A stretch of DNA of 64,000 nucleotides from Vicinamibacteria bacterium (GTDB lineage Bacteria > Acidobacteriota > Vicinamibacteria > Marinacidobacterales > Marinacidobacteraceae): assembly GCA_964291235.2 (NCBI GenBank), contig OZ219816.1:256001-320000 (forward strand), in the 5' to 3' direction. How positions within the stretch are numbered: the first letter of the stretch is position 1; the number at the start of each line of letters is the position of its first letter. Under the pieces are notes generated by a model that saw only the letters and a list, made by a program, of their open reading frames with translations, did no database searches and was not told the origin of the DNA. The position numbers and the translations under genes are program-made. This document shows, piece after piece, positions 57,221 to 64,000 of this stretch.

Positions 57221-57260
57221 TGTGTCCCGTCGAATCCCGTGCGATCCCACGCGTTCCCGC
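57221..57260 (-). promoter_or_regulatory. Distal array of four GGGA boxes at an exact 10-bp period (MraZ-box-like)
   Basis: Minus strand GCGGGAACGC GTGGGATCGC ACGGGATTCG ACGGGACACA. Confidence 0.5.
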
Positions 57261-57376
57261 TTCACAGGCCCGGATGCTCCGGACGTCGCTTCAATTGTCC
57301 CCGCGCAACGCCCACCAGGAGGAGCGCCGGCGTCCAGCCGCCATCGCCCGCGCCGCGGGCGGTGGCTCGCTCTCCG

Positions 57377-58441
57377 TCAGCCCACGTGGAACCGGATCAC
57401 CAGCACGTCGCCGTCCTGGACCGGGTAGTCCTTCCCCTCCAGCCGGAGCACCCCCTGTTTTCGGGCCGCGTCCCAGGAACCACACTCCACCAGACGGTCA
57501 TAGGAGACCACTTCCGCCCGGATGAAGCCGCGTTCCATGTCGGAGTGGATCTCGCCGGCCGCTTCCTGGGCGCGGGTGTTCCGGCGGATCAGCCAGGCCC
57601 GCGACTCCGTGTCGCCCGCGGTGTAGAAGGTGGCGCGGTCCATGAGCTCGAAGATGGCCCGGATCACCCGCTCGGCAGCGCCCGCCTCCACCCCGATGTC
57701 CCGGCGGAACTCGGCGGCGTCCTCCTCGGGCAACTCCGCGATTTCCGCCTCGATCCGGGCCGAGATCGCGGCCAGCCGGGTGTCCGCCCGCCGCTCGATA
57801 TCGTCGGACCCATCCCAACTGCGGGGATCCCTCCCGGCCTCGTCCTCGCCCGCGTTCAAGACGACGAGCTGCGGCTTGGCGCTCATCAACCCGTATCCGA
57901 CCAGCCGCTTGCGATCCGCTGCGCTCAGCGCCTCGCGGACCGGGGTCTCCTGTTCCACCGCCTGCCGGGCCCGGTCCAGCAAGTCCCGCTCTCCCCGGAT
58001 CGCTTCCGGTTTGCCGCGGGCGCGATCGCTGTCGAGGCGGGTGATCCGCTTTTCGAGGACCGCCAGGTCGGCGAGCAGTAGTTCCAACTCCAGGTTCGCC
58101 GCGTCGCGGCTCGGGTCCACAGAGTCGAACGGTGAGGGAACGGTCGGGTCCTCGAAAGCCCGGACGACGTGGACGATCGTGTCCACATCCCGGAGCGCGG
58201 CGAGGTTCTCCGTCTGCCCCGAGGCGCCCCGGCGGAGAGCGGGAATGAGGACGACCTCGACCGTGGCGGGGGTGGTTTTCTTCGACTCGTGGAGGCGGGT
58301 CAGGGTCTCGAGCCGCTCATCGGGAACGGCCAGCACCCCCCGCTTGGCGCCGGCGGCAAAGCCCGCCTGGGCCACCTGGGTCAGGAGCGAAAAGAGAGTC
58401 TTCTTGCCGGAAGCGGCAAAGCCGACGATTCCGGCGCGCAC
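57377..58441 (-). CDS. ychF: YchF/Obg-like protein (DUF933) with degenerate NTPase motifs
   Basis: VPDERL, HVVRAF, IHSDMERGFIRAEV, EGKDY.VQDGDV. Confidence 0.85.
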   Translation of the reverse strand: MRAGIVGFAASGKKTLFSLLTQVAQAGFAAGAKRGVLAVPDERLETLTRLHESKKTTPATVEVVLIPALRRGASGQTENLAALRDVDTIVHVVRAFEDPTVPSPFDSVDPSRDAANLELELLLADLAVLEKRITRLDSDRARGKPEAIRGERDLLDRARQAVEQETPVREALSAADRKRLVGYGLMSAKPQLVVLNAGEDEAGRDPRSWDGSDDIERRADTRLAAISARIEAEIAELPEEDAAEFRRDIGVEAGAAERVIRAIFELMDRATFYTAGDTESRAWLIRRNTRAQEAAGEIHSDMERGFIRAEVVSYDRLVECGSWDAARKQGVLRLEGKDYPVQDGDVLVIRFHVG

Positions 58442-58540
58442 GGCGGGGATGGTAGCCGTGCGGAGCCATCCGTCAGGCGGTTGGGGGTGCTGCTCCCGGC
58501 CTGCAGGCCGCGTGCCGGCCGAAGGCCGGCGGTCCCTTGC

Positions 58541-60454
58541 CTACAGATCCAGCGCCGCGGGGTCCGGAGCGCCGTCCCGGATGAGGAGGCGCCGTTCGGC
58601 GGGGTCCTTGCCCATCAGGTTGACGATGAAGGCGTCCGCTGCCGGACGGTCGGGGATCTCCACCCTCAGCAGGCTGCGGGTCTCCGGGTTCAGCGTCGTG
58701 TCCCAGAGCACCTTGGGCTGCATCTCTCCCAGTCCCTTGAAGCGGGTGATCGTCGGGTTCTTCGCGCCGGCTTTCCGGAGAATTGCTTCCTTGTCGGCCT
58801 CGTCGCGGGCCCAGTGGGTCGCGCCCCCGACGTCCACCCGGTAGAGCGGCGGCTGGGCGACGAACACCCGTCCCGCCTCCAGCAGCTTCCACATGAACTT
58901 GACGAAGTAGGCGAGCAGCAGGGTGGTGATGTGGTGGCCGTCGGCGTCGGCGTCGGCGAGCAGCACCACCCTCCGGTAGCGGAGCTTCCCGGGGTCGCAG
59001 TCGTCGCCGATGCCGCAACCAAGCGCCAGCGCGATGTCCCGCAGTTCGGCGTTTTCGGCCACCTTGGCCCGGGTCGCCTGCGCCGCGTTCAGGATCTTGC
59101 CCCGCAGCGGGAGCACCGCCTGGCGCATCCGGTCCCGCCCCTGCTTCGCGGAACCACCCGCCGAATCCCCCTCCACGATGAAGATCTCGGTCTCGTCGGC
59201 ATTCCGGGAGGCGCAGTCACTCAGTTTGCCCGGCAGGACGCTGCGGGTCCTGGTTTCCGCCTTTCGGGACACCGCCGCCGAGGCGGCTCGCGAAGCCTCG
59301 CGGGCGCGGGCGGCGAGCACCACCCGGTTCGCGATCCGCTCGGCAGCGGTGGGCGACTGGTTGAGCCAGCGCTCGAGTTCCGCCCGGACGGCGGCATCCA
59401 CCGGGGCCCGCACCTCGGGGTTGTTGAGCCGGTCCTTGGTCTGCCCCTGAAACTGCGGGTTCGCCAGGAACACGCTCAGGATCGCCAGGATCCCCTCGCG
59501 CATGTCCTCCGCCGCGATGCCCAGGCCCCGCGGAATCAGCGAGTGGGTTTCGAGGTAGTTCCGGACCGCCTTGGCCACCCCGTCGCGAAGCCCGGTCTCG
59601 TGCGACCCCCCGGACCCCGTCGGGATTCCGTTGACGTAGCTGCGGAACTCTTCGCGCGGCGCCTCGGTCCACCCCAGGACCAGTTCGAGGCGGCCGTCCC
59701 CGTTCAGCGGATCCCGCGCGAGTTCGAAGGCCGCCTCGTGGGCCAGGGTCAGCTTGCGTTCCCGGACGACCGCATCGAAGTAGTCCGGCAGGCCTCGCTT
59801 GTGCTTCCAGTCGTGCACTTGCCCCGATGCTTCGTCCGCGAAGGTCAACTGAAGACCCCGGTGGAGATAGCTGGTCTCGAGCATCCGGGCCGCGATCCGC
59901 TTCGCGTCGAGCTTGGGGTCCGGAAAGATCCGGGGATCGGGGAGGAAGGTGATCTCGGTGCCGGTCCCCTTCCCCGTCCCGGTTTCCTTCAGTTTCCCGA
60001 CCGGCTTCCCGCGCCGAAAGCGCATTTCCCACTGCCGGCGGTTGCGGCGGACCTTCGCCGTCAGCGACGAACTCAGCGCGTTCACCACCGACGCCCCCAC
60101 CCCGTGCAGCCCGCCGGATGCATGGTAGGCGCCGCGGTCGAATTTCCCGCCCGCGTGCAGGGTGGTGAGGATCACCTCGATGGCGGGCTTCCCGGAGGGT
60201 TTGTGCACGTCCACGGGAATCCCGCGCCCGTTGTCCTGGACACGGACCTCGCCGCTCTTCTTCAGGGTCACGTCGATCCGGGAGGCGTGCCCATTCATGG
60301 CCTCGTCCACGCTGTTGTCCAGGATTTCCCAAACCAGGTGGTGGAGTCCCTCGACGTCGGTCCCCCCGATGTACATGGCCGGACGCTTCCGCACCGGCTC
60401 GAGGCCCTCGAGGACGGTGATGTCGCGGGCGGTGTATTTCTGCCCGTTGCTCAC
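58541..60454 (-). CDS. parE: Type IIA topoisomerase subunit B (ParE/GyrB-like)
   Basis: [57 protein letters not shown]. Confidence 0.85.
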   Translation of the reverse strand: MSNGQKYTARDITVLEGLEPVRKRPAMYIGGTDVEGLHHLVWEILDNSVDEAMNGHASRIDVTLKKSGEVRVQDNGRGIPVDVHKPSGKPAIEVILTTLHAGGKFDRGAYHASGGLHGVGASVVNALSSSLTAKVRRNRRQWEMRFRRGKPVGKLKETGTGKGTGTEITFLPDPRIFPDPKLDAKRIAARMLETSYLHRGLQLTFADEASGQVHDWKHKRGLPDYFDAVVRERKLTLAHEAAFELARDPLNGDGRLELVLGWTEAPREEFRSYVNGIPTGSGGSHETGLRDGVAKAVRNYLETHSLIPRGLGIAAEDMREGILAILSVFLANPQFQGQTKDRLNNPEVRAPVDAAVRAELERWLNQSPTAAERIANRVVLAARAREASRAASAAVSRKAETRTRSVLPGKLSDCASRNADETEIFIVEGDSAGGSAKQGRDRMRQAVLPLRGKILNAAQATRAKVAENAELRDIALALGCGIGDDCDPGKLRYRRVVLLADADADGHHITTLLLAYFVKFMWKLLEAGRVFVAQPPLYRVDVGGATHWARDEADKEAILRKAGAKNPTITRFKGLGEMQPKVLWDTTLNPETRSLLRVEIPDRPAADAFIVNLMGKDPAERRLLIRDGAPDPAALDL

Positions 60455-62802
60455 GGCGGCCCCTTGAGTGGCTGCGGCAGGACCACTTCGGTCTTCACCT
60501 TTTCGAAGCCCGCCTTGTTGACGAGCTGTCCCCGGCGGCCGCGGGCGCCCACCCGGAACTTGTCCCCGGCAGCGATGAGGCGGGTCCCGCCCCCCCGGGT
60601 CTCCACGGCAAGCGGTTCCCGGCGCCGCGCCACCCGGAAACCGATCACCTGGTCTCCCGGGCCGAGATTGATGGCCCTGACCCCCAGCCCTGCCCCGGAG
60701 AGAACGTTGATTTCCTCGACGTCGCAGAGCAGCGCGCGGCCGTCCCGGGTCGCGAGGATGAGCGTGTCCTCGCCGGTGGTGAGCACCGCACCGACGACTT
60801 CGTCACCTTGCTTCAGCCGGGCGAAGCGCCGGCCGTTTCGGTTCGAGGGCTGCTGGAAGGCCTCCAGACTGAAGCGCAGGGCGTAGCCGCTCCGGGTCAG
60901 CGCGATGGCGTGGAGTTCGGGGAGGCCGCCCTCGGCGGCGGCGATCTTTCCCTTGAGGGCCCGGGAGTCCAGCGCCAGCAGGCTCACGATTCGCTCGCCG
61001 TCCCGGAGCGCAAACATCTTCTGCACCGGATCCCCGTAGCCGGTGGTCGCCGGGGCATCGGCGATCCGGGCCGTGAACGCCGTCCCCATGGACGAGAACA
61101 ACACGAACGGAACACGCGTACTGCCCGGTTCCAGGGCGAGCACCTCGTCACCCTCGCGAAGCCGCAGCTTGTCGAGTTCCCGCACCTCGCGCTGGCGTTT
61201 GATCCAACCGTCGCGGGTCAGGACGAGGGTGGTGTCCTCGGCCAGAATGAAGTCCTCCTCCGCGAAATCGGCTTCCTCCGTGAACTCCGGGAACTGGGTG
61301 CGGCGTTCCTGCGCGGACCACGGGCGATCCCGGATCTCGACCAGTTCCTCGCGAACCAGCGCCGTGATCGCCTTCTCGCTGCCCAGGAGCCGCTTCACTT
61401 CGCGAAGCCTGGTCTTCCGCCGCTTCATCTCTTCGAGGATCACCTGGATCTCGAGTCGCGCCAGCCGGTAGATCTTGAGTTCGAGGACCGCCTCCGTCTG
61501 TTCGCGATCGAGCGGCAGCTCCGCCATGATTTTCTGGGCGGCATCCGCCTTCCCGTCCGAAGCGCGCACGATCTCCAGAATCCGGTCCAGGACGTCGAAG
61601 ACCCGGGCGAATCCTTCGAGGAGGTGGAGCCGGCCGAGGAGCTTGCGCTGCTCGTCCTCCAGCCGCCGGCGCACCACCTCGCGCCGGAAGTCCAGAAAAT
61701 CCTGAAGGAGGGTGCGAAGGCCGACCCTTTCGGGCGCCCCGCCCTCGGAACGCTCGAAGCGCAGGCACGTCAGGTCCACCGCTACCGAGGACTGGAGCGG
61801 AGTCCGTTTGTAGAGGAAGGCAAGGACCTTGTCCTTGTCGACGTCCTTTCTCACCTCCAGCCGAATCTGCACGTCGTCGGTGGAGAGATCGCTGACGTCG
61901 AGCAGGGCCGGCAGCGAGCGGTCCGCCACGATCTCGCCGAGACGCTGGACGAGCTGCGCCTTGTTGACGCCATAGGGAACCGAAGTGATGAAGAGCGTCC
62001 GGATCTGACGTCTGGTACCGGCGTCGGTCACCGTGCCGCGCACGCGGATGGACCCGCGTCCCTCTTCGTAGATCGCGGCCAGCCGCTCGGGGGGATCCAG
62101 GATCTCGCCGCCCGTCGGAAAGTCGGGACCCCGAACGGTCTCCGCCAGATCGCGGGAGCGGAGCGACGGGTCGTCGAGCAGCCGGATCAGCGCCGCCACC
62201 ACCTCGAAGAGATTGTGCGGCGGAATGTTGGTGGCGACCCCGACCGCGATCCCGGTGGATCCGTTCACCAAGAGCAGCGGCAGCCGGGTGGGAAGGACTA
62301 CCGGCTCGGTGCGGGTGCCGTCGTAGGTCGGACGATGGGGGACGGTGTCGAGCCCGATTTCCCCGAGCACGTCCTCGGCAGCCTCGGCAAGCCGGCACTC
62401 GGTGTAGCGCATCGCCGCCGCCGGATCGCCGTCGAGCGATCCGAAATTGCCCGCGCCCTCGATCAGCGGCAAGCGGGACGAGAAGGGCTGCGCCATCCGC
62501 ACCAGGGCCTCGTAGATGGCGGCGTCGCCGTGGGGGTGGTAGCCGCCCATCACGTCCCCCACCACCTTGGCGCACTTGCGGAAACGACCGTCGGCGCGAA
62601 GCCCCTGGCGCCACATGGTGGTGAGGATCCGGCGCTGCACCGGTTTGAGGCCGTCGCGCACATCGGGGAGCGCCCGGCTGCCGATCACCGACAGCGCGTA
62701 CGTCCGGTATCGATCCTGAACGACCTCTCCGAGCGGAGCCGCGACTCCGTTCTCTTCGGTACCCCTTCCGAGCGGCAGCGGACGCCGCTTCGATCGCGCC
62801 AC
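60451..62802 (-). CDS. parC: Type IIA topoisomerase subunit A (ParC-like, no recognisable GyrA box)
   Basis: [50 protein letters not shown]. Confidence 0.85.
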   Translation of the reverse strand: MARSKRRPLPLGRGTEENGVAAPLGEVVQDRYRTYALSVIGSRALPDVRDGLKPVQRRILTTMWRQGLRADGRFRKCAKVVGDVMGGYHPHGDAAIYEALVRMAQPFSSRLPLIEGAGNFGSLDGDPAAAMRYTECRLAEAAEDVLGEIGLDTVPHRPTYDGTRTEPVVLPTRLPLLLVNGSTGIAVGVATNIPPHNLFEVVAALIRLLDDPSLRSRDLAETVRGPDFPTGGEILDPPERLAAIYEEGRGSIRVRGTVTDAGTRRQIRTLFITSVPYGVNKAQLVQRLGEIVADRSLPALLDVSDLSTDDVQIRLEVRKDVDKDKVLAFLYKRTPLQSSVAVDLTCLRFERSEGGAPERVGLRTLLQDFLDFRREVVRRRLEDEQRKLLGRLHLLEGFARVFDVLDRILEIVRASDGKADAAQKIMAELPLDREQTEAVLELKIYRLARLEIQVILEEMKRRKTRLREVKRLLGSEKAITALVREELVEIRDRPWSAQERRTQFPEFTEEADFAEEDFILAEDTTLVLTRDGWIKRQREVRELDKLRLREGDEVLALEPGSTRVPFVLFSSMGTAFTARIADAPATTGYGDPVQKMFALRDGERIVSLLALDSRALKGKIAAAEGGLPELHAIALTRSGYALRFSLEAFQQPSNRNGRRFARLKQGDEVVGAVLTTGEDTLILATRDGRALLCDVEEINVLSGAGLGVRAINLGPGDQVIGFRVARRREPLAVETRGGGTRLIAAGDKFRVGARGRRGQLVNKAGFEKVKTEVVLPQPLKGPP

Positions 62803-62853
62803 GGGTCAGCTTCTCGGAGCCGCCGCGGGGCGCGAAACTCCGGAACGGAGAGA

Positions 62854-63234
62854 ATGAACCCCGTGCGCAACAGCCGGCATCAGGGATGGGCGCTCCTGGC
62901 GCTCTTCGCCATCAGCCTGGGCGTCTCCGCGCTCCTGCGGGATGCCGCCCCCGACATCACCCTTTGCGGCGTCAAGGCGCTCTCCGGCCTGCCTTGCCCA
63001 TTCTGCGGCGGGGTCCGCGCCACTGCGGCGCTGGGGCGCGGCGCCGCCCTGGAGGCCTTGGCCTGGAATCCGGCGGTCACCCTGCTGAACGCCGGGATGC
63101 TCGCGAGCGGAGCGGCTCTGGTGGCGGGGGTGACGCCGCCATGGCTCACTCCCGGCCGCCAGCGCCTCGTCTTTCAAGCCGCCGTCGCCGTCCTGCTGGT
63201 GAACTGGATGTACCTGCTGGCGGTGGGCCGCTGA
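62854..63234 (+). CDS. DUF2752 membrane protein
   Basis: CGVKALSGLPCPFCGGVRA..ALAWNP; C-terminal VNWMYL. Confidence 0.85.
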   Translation: MNPVRNSRHQGWALLALFAISLGVSALLRDAAPDITLCGVKALSGLPCPFCGGVRATAALGRGAALEALAWNPAVTLLNAGMLASGAALVAGVTPPWLTPGRQRLVFQAAVAVLLVNWMYLLAVGR

Positions 63235-63276
63235 CGGCTCGTTTCCCGGTCGGGCCCCGCCTCGGGTTGTTCCGGA

Positions 63277-63681
63277 TCAATTCGTGTCTTCGACATACAC
63301 CCGGACTTTGAGGCGGGTGGCTCCCCGCGAGTCGTTGTTGGACCGGATGGTCAGCCAGCGCTCCAGAACACCGCGGTAGCGCCGGGTCTCGAGGGTCACC
63401 CGGAGCGTCGCCGTCCCTCCCGGCGGAATCGATGTCCGGTCGGTCACCGCGGCCGCGCAGGCGCATGCCGAGGCGATGCGGCCGATCTCCAGCTCCTGGC
63501 GCCCGGTGTTCTTGAGGACGAACTCGTGAACGAGCACTTCTCCGGGGCCCGCGCGCCCGAAATCCCACTCACCGGGCTCGATCTCGAGCCGGGGACCTCG
63601 CTGGAAACCGCTCCCCCAAGCTGCCGACAACCCGCCCGCCAGCGTGGCCGCAAGCAGGAGGACCGGGAGACGGACTCTCAC
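63277..63681 (-). CDS. DUF1573 domain protein
   Basis: Signal peptide, WDFG, F.LKNTG..LEI..ACACAA..IPPG. Confidence 0.85.
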   Translation of the reverse strand: MRVRLPVLLLAATLAGGLSAAWGSGFQRGPRLEIEPGEWDFGRAGPGEVLVHEFVLKNTGRQELEIGRIASACACAAAVTDRTSIPPGGTATLRVTLETRRYRGVLERWLTIRSNNDSRGATRLKVRVYVEDTN

Positions 63682-63685
63682 GCCG

Positions 63686-63964
63686 TCAATCCTCCTGATC
63701 CGGAGTTTCGACCATCCTCAAAAACGCCGCGAGCCGCTCGTTCTCGTAGCGGACGACGTTCAGGAACAGGCTTTCTATCAGGTAGCTGCGCCGCTCGCCG
63801 GCATCCATCGCGTCCACGAGATGGCTGATTTCACGGGTCATGGCGTCGTAAGTGTTGCGGAACTCGCTCCGCACCGATACCTCCCGGTAGAGCGCCTCGA
63901 GAATCGCGAGCAGATCGCCGTCCAGCTCGATTTCCCGGCCGCCCTGCATTCGAATGGACCGCAT
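63686..63964 (-). CDS. Hypothetical protein
   Basis: 92 aa of normal composition, 4 nt upstream of the DUF1573 gene on the same strand. Confidence 0.65.
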   Translation of the reverse strand: MRSIRMQGGREIELDGDLLAILEALYREVSVRSEFRNTYDAMTREISHLVDAMDAGERRSYLIESLFLNVVRYENERLAAFLRMVETPDQED

Positions 63965-64000
63965 CAGTCGTCCCCCCCGAAACTCCCCACCAGGGCGCGC

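Noticed and set aside
57195-57222. dif site
   Set aside because: GCGCGCATTAGTTAAA only loosely resembles XerC/XerD arms and lacks the 11-6-11 spacing.
58169-60886. Long antisense ORFs (for example 905 aa here, 12177-14684, 31605-33443, 48965-51052)
   Set aside because: Mirror frames of real high-GC genes with no recognisable motifs.

Overview
High-GC bacterial chromosome segment, probably Acidobacteriota (inferred from gene content: dnaG-rpoD-tRNA-Ile2-zinc-ribbon block, dcw cluster lacking murB/ddl, CRTAC1/ASPIC protein). The right half (28.6-64 kb) is mostly housekeeping: larB, dnaG, rpoD, tRNA-Ile(CAT), a radical SAM enzyme, pgeF, the complete mraZ-ftsZ dcw cluster, a YchF-like protein and a type IIA topoisomerase A/B pair. 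A small foreign-looking island appears to split the mraZ upstream region. The left half (1-28.6 kb) is accessory. It holds (i) a 767-aa protein fusing a McrA/McrB-type N-terminal head, a Vsr-like nuclease motif and a nitrilase domain with an intact E-K-C triad, the best candidate for an undescribed defence enzyme; (ii) four tandem secreted Ig-like + His-lined LVIVD beta-propeller paralogs with variable loops, plus a His/Met-rich YncE-like partner; (iii) two membrane-anchored coiled-coil genes with VNTRs, a wHTH-HicB/HicA module and an AAA-DUF4143 ATPase. Two families of multi-hairpin intergenic repeats recur across the window; one shows compensatory base changes. Single-base frameshifts in several genes, including essential dnaG, point to assembly indels. 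All family assignments come from motif recognition by eye; no database search was run.
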